Part shown: piece after piece, positions 28,250 through 41,197 of the stretch
Position numbering within the stretch: position 1 is the first letter of the stretch
How the letters are laid out: the number at the start of each line of letters is the position of its first letter
From: the human T2T-CHM13v2.0 reference genome, Homo sapiens
Length of the DNA: 64,000 nt
Strand: one strand, 5' to 3'
Assembly: GCF_009914755.1 (NCBI RefSeq)
Contig: NC_060927.1
The notes under the pieces: model-generated
What the model was told of the DNA's origin: nothing
Database searches by the model: none
Seen by the model: the letters and a program-made list of their open reading frames with translations, nothing else
Position numbers and translations under genes: made by a program

Positions 28250-28770
28250 ATTCAAAGGGAGATGTCGAGAGCGCAGCTGGAGTCTGGGTTTCTTGGAAGG
28301 GAGTGTCAGAGAAACAGATGGGGAAGTCACTGGCATGTGGGGGGTAGTATTAATATTTTAAAGTTAGAAATTAGACGAGGTTACCTAGAAACAGCATTTA
28401 ATAGAGAAAAGAAAGTGGCCCAGGAATGAGCCTTCAGACATGCCAACATTGAGAAACCGTGTACAACAGGAGCTGCCACAAAGAAGATGGGAGGGAGGAA
28501 AGCAAAAAAAATAAAAATAAAAATAAATAAAAAATAAAATGGGCAGTGTGCAGTCACAGGAGCTACACAAAGAAGGTGCTTCAAGAAGGTGAAAGTGGTC
28601 ACCTAGGTTGAAGGCCTCTGACAGGTCAGGTAAGAGTGACACTGCACTTATCAAGAGGTCACTGGTGGCCCTGACAAGAACAGTCATAGTTCAGCTGTGG
28701 AATCAGAAGCCCCACGGGAGAGGATGAGGTGAGAGTAGAGGGTAAAGAGGCAGAAACAATGATTACAGAC
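28250..28770 (-). mobile_element. L2 fragment
   Basis: GAGGTCACTGGTGGCCCTGACAAGAACAGTC and related L2 antisense motifs; boundaries approximate. Confidence 0.65.
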
Positions 28771-29562
28771 TAGAAAATTAGGGATTGTGCCCAAGATCAG
28801 ACTCATATAGTCCCTCTGTTGCATTCATAATTTGTGCTATTTTCACCAATACCAAGTGTATCCATCATCTCCACAGGCAACACTGAGCATGGAGGTGGAG
28901 AAAAGGCCTCCCACCCTCCTGCACTAGGCAGCTCTTCCCTCCACTTCTGCTGAGCAGCTTGTCAGGCATGTGCACCTCACTCAACTTCACCACAGCCCTG
29001 CGGGAGCCCTTTGTAGACTACTCACTGTTACTTAAGCATAGCCAATAGATGTGAGGCTTACTCTTTGCACCCCAAGCAGCTGTTCAAAGTTTTCTTTCCA
29101 ATCACATCTGGTACTGTTCCTGAGAGGAGATTTGGTAAACACAATTTTCTTCATCTATCTCAGTGATGTCTTGGTGATTTCGGTAAGATTAGTGCTTTGG
29201 ATACCTAATGTGCCTGACCTACCCAATCCTCAGCTCAGCTGCTCATAAGAAGCAGCTGAGGAGATGTATCTAAGGAACAGAAACTCTGTTTTTGGTGGGG
29301 GAGAGAGAAGTCAGGGACTATGTCCTGTTTCTTTTCATCTCTGCAACTATCTGTCTGTAAGATATTTTCCACCTTGTTTAACTCACAGCCACAATAATTT
29401 CAAATATAGCTTTAATTATGAATCACCATTTGGTATAAAGATGCTCATCTTTATTCACTTAAGCCACTCTAGGTCCTCTTATTGGAAACACTTTACATTT
29501 TTCTTCACTGAGATTCAGGCTATTCTATCATTCCCTCACAGTTCCAAAAAAAACCAGCTTAC

Positions 29563-29635
29563 CTCACAACTTAATGCAGGTTCTTCCAATTCTGATGGTA
29601 GCTGATACTCAGGAAAAAAATACAGAAGAATCTCC
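29563..29635 (-). CDS. MORC1: MORC1 exon ((R)EILLYFFPEYQLPSELEEPALSCE)
   Basis: Acceptor TTCCTAG|G, donor GAG|GTAAGC; 73 nt, phase 2-0. Confidence 0.94.
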
Positions 29636-29799
29636 CTAGGAATACAAGCACAGCAGATATGGGAATATACTAGGATAACAGAGGTAGCACTCAACTGTCA
29701 GAACTGGGTTTGTCTCCTGGGTATTAAATATCCTGGCAAAGATGAACATTAGTTCCCCCCAAACATTTTGTTTTTATCACTGACATCAAAGTGTTCTTC

Positions 29800-30025
29800 A
29801 GAAAGCATAGACTGGGGAGAGGAAGGTGGGTGTGGCTATAAAAAGGCAATAGGAGGGACCATTCTGGCAAAGGAACTGGTCTGTATCTTGACTGCATCAA
29901 TGTCAATATCCTGATTGTGATTCTGTTCCAGAGTTTTGCAAGAAGCTAGGTGAAGGGTACAGGGGATCTCTCAGCATTATTTCTTACAACTTAATGTGAA
30001 CATACATTTATCTCAAAATAAAAAG
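29800..30025 (+). mobile_element. Old L1M 3' fragment
   Basis: GGTGTGGCTATAAAAAGGCAA, TGTCAATATCCTGATTGTGAT, TTATTTCTTACAACT. Confidence 0.7.
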
Positions 30026-30037
30026 GTTACTGAAAGA

Positions 30038-30090
30038 GGAAGGAAGGAAGGAAGGAAGGAAGGGAGGGAGGGAGGGAGGCAGGGAGGAGA
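30038..30090. repeat. (GGAA)n/(GGGA)n polypurine microsatellite
   Basis: Read directly. Confidence 0.9.
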
Positions 30091-31794
30091 AAAAAAAAGA
30101 AAAGAAACCAGCCAACCTCACAATGCCTCGCAATCCATAAACAACCAGTCCAGGAAAGGCCTGTACCTAGTTGAGTGTTCTCTTCTGCAGAGAACTCAGC
30201 ATTGCAAATTTCCTGGAAGAAAGTAGGCTGACTACAGACTTACTGACTTTTTTCCTGAGAAAAACCAAAGAGTTTAAGTCTCCAGAGTAATTTTTGCATA
30301 AGGGACTCCAAGACTACTCTTAGAAATCATACATGGACCCTGCTCTTTCTAAACAGTGGTGGCCATTGTTCTGACAGGTGCTTCATTTTGTCAAAGGACA
30401 ATAGCACCCATCCTTCTACTGTGACAGCTTTTCTAGGATTAATCACCTATATGACACATATTTCATTCCTGGGAGAATATGAGATCTAGAAATTTACAGC
30501 CACCACATCTTAAAAGTGTATAGTATTCTAATGCTGACGTATTCCAAGAGCCTCATGTATATTATCTAAGGGATTTGCAAAATTTTTCCAGTTGTAAAAT
30601 AATATGGTATACCAAAGAGAAAACAGCTCTTTCTTCCACAATTTATATTCCCCATACTTTAAGTATATTATTTGTATTAATACATATTTATAATTTCAAG
30701 GAGATTCAAACCGAAAAGCTGAAAATTCTTGGCATTGCCCAAACATTAAATATGACATACAACACTCCTTAGAGTTATTTGTCTGGCTAGCAAGAAGATA
30801 AATGGGGTAGGAACAGGATTTAAAAAAGGTGGAGCAGCTTCCAGGTATATGAGATGAGAAGAAATCATATGAAAAGAAAAGTTGCAACACGAGTTCCTGG
30901 GAAAGAACACCTGGGTCAACACTACGGCCGTTTTGTTGGAGCAGGAGGGGTGAGAGACCTTTTACACAAACTAAACCTTGCTTCTCCTCAAATTCAGGCT
31001 CCCTTTCCCCACCACAGGCTTGAAACCTTTTCAGAGCATTGGTTCTTTCCATTGTGAGTATAAATTCTTTTGCCTTTAAATTTAGAGCAAATCAGAAATC
31101 CCCTAAGAATACGCTCTTAGACAAATAAATATTAGATGGCAGCGTTTACTAGGGAAGGGGAAAAACCAAAGGAGAAAATTGGGGTGAGAAAAAGTTCTGG
31201 ATTAGTTCTCGATTACTTTCAATCTGTGGCATCTCTATTTCAAAATCTACAGCAAACATCATCTATAGTCTGAATACTGTCTTACACATGTACTATTATT
31301 TCTAAAATTAGACACATAATAGATATCTTTAAACACGATTTCATGTTTACTGAAATCACAGTACCTTTTGCCATTTTGCATTTTCTCAACTCATTAATTC
31401 CACAGACATTCTTTAAACCTCTACTAAAACACCTTTGACCTTCAGTGCCCCACAGAGCCTGGCATCATGCCCCCATGCCAGGAACCCAATACAATCTTAC
31501 TGAACTGATTTGGCCTAGTGGGGCAATAGAGACAAGAAAGCAAGCTATTCCAATACCATGTGATAAATGCTTGGAGGACAATGAGAAAGGTGCACCATGG
31601 AGACCAGAAGAAGGGGTTTTAACTCATATTTCAGTAGCCATAAAGGAAGAGTGGGAGTTAGCCAGGTGTAGCAGATGGGGGCATGTGAAGGAAGTATTCC
31701 AGGCCACCTGCACCATACACCAGAGAATTTTGTATTTTTCTTTGGGAAAAAATCTGACCAAAAAGTTGGTCAGATTCAAGTATTTTTTCTTGGT

Positions 31795-32126
31795 GTTTTT
31801 TTGTTCGTTTTTTGTTTGCTTTGTTTTGTTTTTTTTTTTTTTTCAGACTGAGTCTCACTCTGTTGCTGAGGCTGGAATGCAGTGGTGCGTGATCTCAGCT
31901 CACTGCATCCTCGGCCTCCTGGGCTCAAGTAATCCTCCCAACTCACCCACCTGAGTAGCTGGGATTACAGACGCACGCCACCACACCCAGCTCATTTTTG
32001 TTATTTTTGTTTTAGAGATGGGGTTTTGCCATGTTGCCCAGGTCTCAAACTCCTGGGCTTAAGTGATCCACCCACCTTGGCCTCCCAAAGTTCTGGGATT
32101 ACAGTCGTGAGCCACCGCACCCGGCC
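31795..32126 (-). mobile_element. Alu (AluJ-like)
   Basis: Antisense dimeric Alu with (GTTTT)n tail. Confidence 0.9.
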
Positions 32127-33749
32127 AATCCAACTATTCTTTATAAAGTACTAGAATTGTGCTAAGCACTGCTATCATTTTCTACACATAGTTTCATGTA
32201 ATCTTTATGGAAACTCTTTGATTGAGGAATTATTCCTATTTTCTCTGATTTCCTGGCTATTACAGACACCCCCACCCCCCCACCAGGCCCAAGCAAGTTC
32301 CCTGGACCCTCCTTCAGTGTCTGTCTCCCTCCTGGACTCCCTGGTATTGAGCCTTTCACTCTCTTCCACATCGGATTGCTCCTAAATAGCTTCTCCCTTG
32401 GAGATTCTGGTCTGTAAGACTGACTAGAGAGGAAGACAAATTACCCAGCAACTTGCAGTCTCTAAACACAAACACACAGGCCTTTCCATTTTCCTGTAAA
32501 ATTAATTCAGGAAAGCAATTAGATTCTGTAAAAACCTATAGGATACCAAAAATCACATACGTAGGGTCTGATTGTAGATGCTTAAGAACTCTTTAAAAAT
32601 TACTTCAGTTTTATTGTCTTGAGTCCCTTTCTTGAATGATATTCTTCAGCAATACTTTCTTTGCTCTTGAGGGTACATCTTATCAAACCTCTCTCTATCC
32701 TCAAACTTGAGATTTCCCCTAGAACAGACACAGTGAGCCAGGAATCCATAAAGTACATTTAAAGGTGGGCCAGGAGACACGAAGCACAAAATTACAGGAA
32801 TAAACCTGGATTCATTCACTAGTATCCACTGCATTAAGTAGATGCACTTGGGGCAACTCCTGAACCAAGTGCTGCCATTTCAATGGGACTTTTGTCCCAC
32901 TTAGGAACAGGAATAGTCCTTCTCTTGAAGCATTTACTCAGAATTTTACGCCCAGAGTTGATAATAAAATCAGAAATTTGTCTTTGTTTAACATTGTCTT
33001 TCTTCTCAAGAATTCAAGAAATAAATATCTTAAAGATCTCTTCCAAAGTTGTTACTTTCATTCAGAATCTTGGCTATGAAGCCCATCTCAGATGAATTTC
33101 TGTGGAATCCACATCTATATCTGCAAGTTTGAATTCAAAGTTTTTAGAGAGTTTAGTTAAGTGAGCTGAACCACTAAATCAACACCATCTCTATAAATTA
33201 TGGCCAAGCTTTGAAAAGTTCCAGCTAAGGGCCATTTCCATTTCACTCCATAGTCATATTCCTTTCTCAACAAAATAATTTTTACTAAGAAAAATCTTTG
33301 ACCCATGTTGATACAACTCTACTCTTTCTAAACATGGTAGACATGGGCAGGAGTCCATAGAGTTACCTGGTCATCCAGCTGTTCTTTTAAACAATAACCT
33401 AGTTAATTAGCTTAGTCCTAGCTAAGGAGAAGAGCAAGCCTCCTACTGGAGGTTGACCAAAACTGTCTTCCTTAACTCAGTAAAAGACTAGTATGAAATG
33501 GAAATGGCACAGTTGTAATAATGTTTTTTGGCAGACCTCAACTGCTAGTATATGTATTTTCATGGCCTTTTCCTTTAACAACTGGCAGAAATGTTAAAAA
33601 GTTACTTTCTTTTTAAAACTTTTTTTTGGTATTTTAAAAATCTAAGATAACAAAAAGCATGTTTATATTTTATAGAGATGAAATAAATGGAGTCTGCCTT
33701 ATCAAGTTTACATACACAACAATAAACCAAAACAAGGCATTACATTTCA

Positions 33750-33995
33750 ACAGTTAAGAGCAAGGACTGTGAGGTCAGATTGCCAGGGTTCAAATCCAAG
33801 CTCTGTCACTTAAGTGTTATATAATGCTAGGCAAATTACTTATCCTCTACATGTCTCAGTTTTCTCATCTGCAAAATGGTGATAATAAAAATATCTATTT
33901 ATAGGATTGTTGTAAGATGACTGAGCTATCATATGCAAAGCCCTTAGGACTGTGCCTAGCATATAGTAAGTGCATAACAAATATGTATTATTACT
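33750..33995 (+). mobile_element. MIR SINE
   Basis: GGGTTCAAATCCAAGCTCTGTCACTT, CTCAGTTTTCTCATCTGCAAAATGG, GTGCCTAGCATATAGTAAGTGC. Confidence 0.85.
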
Positions 33996-35344
33996 AATAT
34001 TATTGCTATTATTATTATTATTGAAAGAGATTTGAAATGTAATACTACTCCAATGTTTAGGATCATCTGATAAAATTTAATAGTCTGGAACCAGTTCAGC
34101 TTATGTACCACTAACTTAACACCACTCAGTTGCACTCCAATATTTAAAAGTATTTTAACATCCAGTAATACTATTTACTGCTTTTTACATGAATCCCTTT
34201 CAATTAAATTAAAAGTATTATTTAAATATATGCTGATATATGTTAGACATACTGTTGACAATTCAATCTGTTTTCAAAGATGTTACTTTATTTGGGAAGT
34301 CAACAAACTAATACACAAAAAGCAAGAAGTAATATAAGACAGGAAAATGCCTGACTGAGCATAATTAGGTAATGAGTATGTACAGTAAAAACTACATTTT
34401 TAATTAATTGTTAGCATTAATTACACAGAGATGGCCAGACACTACCTTGGCATTGTGGAAATGGATAAGGATGACGTCACGTCCAAAGTGACCCAAATGG
34501 AGGGAACACCCTTTATACTTCAAAGGTCTCTAACTACTACTCTTTTTTATCATGTGACAAGAAAGGTAAATATGGTAAACAATTCTGAGTATTTCTTTAT
34601 ACTTTATACCCTTTACATTGTACACAGCTGACCACAATCTTCATGCCTTGAAAAACTAAAAGTCTAGTAAATTCAAGAAATTACATGTGGACCAGATATA
34701 AAATAGCAAATAATACTACAAAAACAACAACAAGAAAAACAACAAAATACCTTACAAAGAAAACAAGAAATCTGTTTTCACTGGTGAAATTTGAGAAAAC
34801 ATACTACATGTTGCTGAAAGCAAAAGAGAAAACTGGTATGACAAGGAGCTCATTTTGTTTTAGTTAAATCCTGTGTTCTGTCCAAATTTTTTTATCATAG
34901 AATATTTTTAATAAAATAATCACCATACAAAATTTAAGCTGGTACAGAATAGAGCTGATATATTAACGCATTCAGCTTTCAGAGTGCTCAGTTGGTAACA
35001 GTATGATGATTCTAAGCAATAAAGAGTCTGCCTGTTCATTAGAGTTTCTGGGAAATTTTAATTTTCTAGTGATGCCTAATGATAGAAGTGGATGCAATTT
35101 AAAGTCTTAGTACACTCAATCAGATTATCCCCTTTTTGATCACATGTAACTCACTAAAATTAATAGAAATGTTACACTTAGACAAATAAAAATTAGCCAA
35201 GAAAAAAAATCAGGAAAATAATGAATTTGAAAAAGAAAGTTGATCTATCTGAAAAAGAAATTTAAGTAGCTATGCATCCAAACTCTGCTGCAACACACTC
35301 AGACAGGTCTCTCTAGGTCTCCTAGTGTGAAGAGAGGGTATATG

Positions 35345-35575
35345 CTATATATGATTAAGAGCATGGGATTCCAAATCAGAAAGCCTTGCCTTAAACCCCA
35401 GCCCCATCCTTCATATTTGTGTAATTGTCCATGAGACTTGTAATGTGTTAGTTCCTCCAAGTTTCAGTCTCCTCATCCATACACAATATTTAAAAATAAC
35501 ACCATTCTCATGAATTTGTGAGAATAGAAACTAATTTATAAAAAGTAAGTGGGTGGATGCCTGAAATATAATAAA
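35345..35575 (+). mobile_element. MIR SINE
   Basis: GATTAAGAGCATGGGATT and TTTCAGTCTCCTCATC; degenerate. Confidence 0.6.
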
Positions 35576-35620
35576 GGTTCAAACCTGATAGCTATTATTG
35601 TTATAGCTATTATTGTTACT

Positions 35621-35746
35621 ATTATTTTTATGGAGACAGGGTCTTGCTATGTTGCCCAGGCTGATCTCGAACTGCTTGTTCAAGCAATCCTCCCACCTTG
35701 GCCTCCCAAAGTACTGGGATAATAGGCATGAGCCACGGTGCCTGGT
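35621..35746 (-). mobile_element. FLAM_C-like Alu monomer
   Basis: Antisense monomer flanked by GATAGCTA(T/C)TATT repeats. Confidence 0.85.
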
Positions 35747-36055
35747 GTGATAGCTACTATTATTAAGAAGGCCTGATTCACTTGTAGTAATGTCCGAATA
35801 ATTGAATATGGGGTCATATCTATACATTTTTAATGATACTCACATTTATTCAAATATATACAGGCACATGCATATAAAATTTACTGTATACTACTATGCT
35901 TTAGTGACCAACCAATAGGCCTGAATTTTAGGACCAGTAACATATCAGGGTTCAAATTTACAGCAATCCAACTTCAAAGCTGAGGACCTTAAATACCACT
36001 TCTAGAAAAATACAGGCAGAGGGTGGGAAACTAGTTAGAGAATCCCATTCTTTAG

Positions 36056-36407
<352 letters not shown>

Positions 36408-37745
36408 AAGGCCTTTTTCAACCTTATAATGCCTGAACCATGCTGAGGTCTGGCCTGCTTTTGTCCCATTTCCAGGCTAGTGGAAGACTGCCAACCAGAC
36501 CGAAAGGGATATTTGGTGGTCAGAACTTGGTGTTCTGGAATGTAGCAGTCTGTATTCATTGCTCCATCAACAACTTGTCTCTGGATCCCTAGTGTCAGTA
36601 GTGAAAATAGATCCCTCTACAAGGTCCTTCCACATGTAACCAGGAGTGCTTCCTCCCTCCTGGGGCAGGACTGGTGTTAGGCATGAGACAGCAGGTGGGG
36701 TCTTCATGCCCATGTAGTAATCACAGCCCTGCACTCTGGATGCTGCTACAAAGACTTTCACCACACCCATGGCATCTGTGGAATTGGGTTCAAGTCTACT
36801 GGGGTTAGCAGTCTCCTCTCATAAACAGGACCACAGCCTGGGCCTTAGTAGAGGCTACAGTCCCTATGTACGTGTTCTCCTCCACCTTTCTCTTTCTTCC
36901 TACCTGCTTCTACTGTTTGAGAACTCTCATCTTCAGGAAGATCATGTCAATCACTGACGGAAAAATCAAGTAGCTATCCTAAGGAAAAATACCATTCCAG
37001 GTAGGGCATGTTGTTTGTTTTCCCTGGCCCGAGCATCTCACCCCACACAAGACCCTTAAAACCCAACAAAAGTCTGTGGATCCCAACAAAACCAATGAGG
37101 TACATTAATTTAGTGGTGCTACCAGCCCCACCTCCCACCCTCCCATATGGCACCTATTTTAGAGCACAAGTCTGTATATAGACTTCTTTGACTTGATTTT
37201 AAGGCCCCCATCTATTATCAGTCTCTATTTGGAAAAACCCTGAATCATGAACTTTTTCCTCTCCTTGTCTCCATCCTTTGAGAAATGAGACCCAGACATT
37301 TAAATTCCTCAAATACCATGTCCACAAATGTTAACATTCTACACAGAACAAAACAAGTAAAACTCAATTTCCCTCAATAAGTTCAGTATCCAAGACTAAA
37401 ACAAACCAAAAAAAACCCAGAGTTTTTAAAAGGCCATACAATGTCATAAGAGCCTTTGTTGGGGAAAAAAGAAGGAAAATTCAGTAAAAATTATTTATTA
37501 CATTCAAGAGAAGACTAATGTCCACCATACTGCCAGACTATGTAACAACAGGCAGTTACCAGTTCTATTACAAGGGATATTTAACCCATAGTATATCTAA
37601 ATCAGCATAGTTAGGAGACAAGTCATAATGTCACTCTACTGAATTTATTCAGTATCATTAAAACTCAGTAGGGAAAACAACAGGAGTTGTCACTGCTTAG
37701 AAAGTTAAACAAAGCATGTGGAAATATGTGAGTAAATATCTTTAC

Positions 37746-37898
37746 CTTAACTTAGACTTCAGTTTTCTCACTGTTTCCTTGACAGGTGTGCTTTGAGAAG
37801 ACGCTGGCGAAGAAGCAACTTTACAACTGCCACTCACAGAAACTCTGGCTATGTGTCCAGAACTTAGATTCACATCTTCCATCGGCACATTGAGCAAG
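37746..37898 (-). CDS. MORC1: MORC1 exon ((S)LLNVPMEDV...RKLKSKL(R))
   Basis: Acceptor ACCTCAG|C, donor AG|GTAAAG; 153 nt, phase 2-2. Confidence 0.94.
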
Positions 37899-38190
37899 CT
37901 GAGGTTTGTCATTTCAAAGTAGAAATCATGTTAGGTATTAATAATTTCAGAAACACTAATATACAAAAATGAGTGAAATGTTCATATACAACAAATGAGA
38001 ACAAGAACATACGTGTAATGCCGAAAACTGCCACCACTGTAGTTACATGAAACAAATTCTTAATTAGAAGAATTTATATTTATTCCAGTCACATATTTTT
38101 TTCAAAGTTTTTAGGTAGTGACAATTAAATGGAATTGGTGATAATTTATTTTTAACAGTAGTCATATACTACTTGTCTTTCACTTGATGA

Positions 38191-38955
38191 AAGAGACTTT
38201 TTAAACCTGTTAAACAACTATACAATATTTTTTGTAAGCCTCATGGTAACCATATGGCAAAAATCTACAATGGATATACTTAAAAAGCAACAAATTAAAA
38301 CATACTGTAACCAAGTAGCCCCATTTTTCTAGGAAAAAGAAAATGAGTTACTATTATTTTTTATTTTCTCTTTTCTCCATTTCCCCATTCCCCACTTACC
38401 TACATAGTCCTTTAGAAATACAATTATAACCTTTTACCTCCCCTTCACCAGAAACTCCCTAGAGGGCAAGTTCATGTAACTTTATGCTTAGAAGCTCCAG
38501 AGTGGAACTTTCAGCCACCAGGAGACTGCCTCCAGAGGTAACAGTTGATTTACAATCCAAAGTCCCACTACGAAACTCTCTCCCACCTAGAGAGTTTTCA
38601 GCCACCTTTACAACCTATTTCTGCCCATGAAATGCTAACTCAACTGCCCAGTAGATAAGGCACCAAGCTAGCATGGGGACCCACACACCTGCTCACCTCC
38701 TCCCCTGAGGTGCCATTCATGATAGGCCCCCTTTAAAAGTGTCCACTTTCTGCTGCAAAGGTGAAGTGGTACCCTTAAGGCAGGAAGCCCATACTTCTTC
38801 CCCTAAGCTAGCTTTGGAATAAAAAGTCACTTTCTTTACACCAGACCTAGCTCTTGTTAATTAGACTCTGCAAGCAGTGGGCAAGTGAACCTGCGATGTG
38901 GTTACAATATTACCAGAAAAAATCACTTAACTAAGAATGCAAGAGACTTTTAAAC
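38191..38955 (+). mobile_element. Short internal L1M fragment with TSD, split by a solo LTR
   Basis: GTAAGCCTCATGGTAACC...AAAAAGCAACAAATTAAAACATAC and TACCAGAAAAAATCAC resemble the recalled L1MA inter-ORF region; direct repeat AAGAGACTTTT(T)AAAC at 38191-38206 and 38941-38955. Confidence 0.65.
38306..38906 (+). mobile_element. ERV1-type solo LTR (MER67-like)
   Basis: Inverted termini TGTAACCA...TGGTTACA; 4-bp TSD ATAC/ATAT; TTTAAAA near 38732; AATAAA at 38818-38823; subfamily name tentative. Confidence 0.8.
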
Positions 38956-39049
38956 TAAAGTTTATTTTAGCCTGAGAGAAAAGCATAGAATAAAACAGAA
39001 AAAGAACAAAGTAAGTTGAGAGAAATACTTAGTCATGATCTGGAAGAGG

Positions 39050-39430
39050 AAGAAGAATGTTCAGAGCTACTGGGCTGGAGTGAGCAGGAAGCAGATGGAA
39101 AGAGATGAGATGAGAAAGGTCAGTGTTGGGATTGCAGGGCATCGTGGGCATGGGGAGGGAACTAGAGTTTCTTTGAAGCAGAGTGGGCACTACCATTGGA
39201 AGTTTTCAGGCATGGGAACAAGGTGATCTGATGCAGGTTTTAAAAAGATACATGGCTGCAGCATGAAAAATAACTCACGGTAAGGATGTATAGTTTGTTG
39301 ATGAGACTAAAGCTTTCAGTACCATAGGGGGAAAAAAGTACAAGAGTCTGGGGGCAGTACGACATGGGAAATGGAGCTGGGGAGGGCAGGTAGAGGTCAG
39401 ATCATGAAGGGTTTTGTTTGTCAAGTAATA
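39050..39430 (-). mobile_element. L2 fragments
   Basis: GGAGCTGGGGAGGGCAGGTAGAGGTCAGATCATGAAGGG-type L2 antisense motifs. Confidence 0.6.
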
Positions 39431-40032
39431 AAAAGATTTTTTTTTGTAATCCTTTCATGCTGATGTCCATAAATTAAGATCACAGCTCTAGAGAATTTTA
39501 CATGTTTATAAGATGAGGATCTTTTAAAATTGGATAACAGTTTATATCAAACGGAATGTGCTTCTACTGTCAACAGCTCTTTGGCATTAATTATACTGTC
39601 TAACTTTGCTGATTTTTTTAAGATTAAGAACATTATATAAACTAATGCTTAATTGCCTGTTAAAGAATATTTACACAATGTCTGAATGCTCATTAGTTAT
39701 AACCTTCTTTATGCTGACACTTCATTAAAGAAGTCTTTTTCTTTAACCATTTTAGGGATGTTAAAGATTCATTCATGTTGGCATTGAGGTTGAAGGGTAA
39801 AAAGTACTATACTAGAGCACAGGAGATTCCTCTCTAAACCTCTGTTTCTTGTTCTGTTGAATAATAATAGGGCCTACCTTATAGAGTTGTACTGAGGATA
39901 TACAAAGAATGTAGCTCAATGTTTAGTGTAAGTGGTCAGTAAATAATACCTATTTTTGTTGTTATGATCATCTTTATCATCACCATCATTAGTAATGCAT
40001 TTGATAAGTTTCTTCCATTAAGATTGTTTTTC

Positions 40033-40979
40033 CCTAGAAGAAAACCTAGGCAATACCATTCAGGACATAGGCATGGACAAGGACTTCATGACTAAAACAC
40101 CAAAAGCAATGGCAACAAAATCCAAAATAGACAAGTGGGATCTAATTAAACTAAAGAGCTTCTGCACAGCAAAAGAAACTACCATCAGAGTGAACAGGCA
40201 ACCTACAGAATGGGAGAAAATTTTTGCAATCTATACATCTGACAAAGGGCTAATATCCAGAATCTACAAAGAACTCAAACAAATGTACAAGAAATAAACA
40301 ACCCCATCAAAAAGTGGGTGAAGGATATGAACAGACACTTCTCAAAAGAAGACATTTATGCAGCCAACAGACACATGAAAAGACGCTCATCATCACTGGT
40401 CACCAGAGAAATGCAAATCAAAACCACAATGAGATACCATCTCACACCAGTTAGAATGGCGATCATTAAAAAGTCAGGAAACAACATGCTGGAGAGGATG
40501 TGGAGAAACAGGAACGCTTTTACACTGTTGGTGGGAGTGTAAACTAGTTCAACTATTGTGGAAGACAGTGTGACAATTCCTCAAGGATCTAGAACTAGAA
40601 ATACCATTTGACCCAGCAATCCCACTACTGGGTATATACCCAAAGGATTATAAATCATGCTACTATAAAGACACAATGCACACGTACGTTTATTGTGGCA
40701 CTATTCACAATAGCAAAAAAACACTGCATGTTCTCACTCATAGGTGGGAATCGAACAATAAGAACACTTGGACACAGGGTGGGGAACATCACACACGGGG
40801 ACCTGTCGTGGGATGGGGGGGGGGCAGGGGGAGGGATAGCATTAGGAGAAATACCTAACATAAATGACGAGTTAATGGGTGCAGCAAACCAACATGGCAC
40901 ATGTATACCTATGTAACAAACCCACACGTTGTGCACATGTACCCTAGAACTTAAAGTATAAAAAAAAAAAAAAAAAAAA
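40033..40979 (+). mobile_element. 5'-truncated L1PA (about L1PA5) with internal deletion, antisense to MORC1
   Basis: ORF2 C-terminal peptides ([32 protein letters not shown]); 3'UTR ...CCCTAGAACTTAAAGTAT; poly(A) at 40960-40979. Confidence 0.95.
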
Positions 40980-41000
40980 GAAGAAGAAGAAAGAAAGAAA

Positions 41001-41197
41001 CGATCACCCAGAACAAGTTATGGGACATTTTCACCAGCCCAAAAAGTCGTTAAGGCCCCTTTCCAGTCAATCCTCACCCATTCCCACTTTGGCAATCACC
41101 ATTCTGATTTCTATCTCCATGGATTATTTTTGCTTCTTCGTGAAATTCACATAAAGGAATATACTGGTTTTGGTTTTTTTTAAATGCAAAAAAAAAA
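41001..41197 (+). other. L1 3'-transduced segment (antisense old L1M-like DNA) plus second poly(A)
   Basis: Lies between the L1 tail and the 3' TSD copy AAGATTGTTTTTC (41196-41208), which matches 40020-40032. Confidence 0.8.

Noticed and set aside
31445-31954. Longest ORF in the track (169 aa)
   Set aside because: Non-ATG start, runs through L2-like sequence into an Alu tail, no recognisable domain
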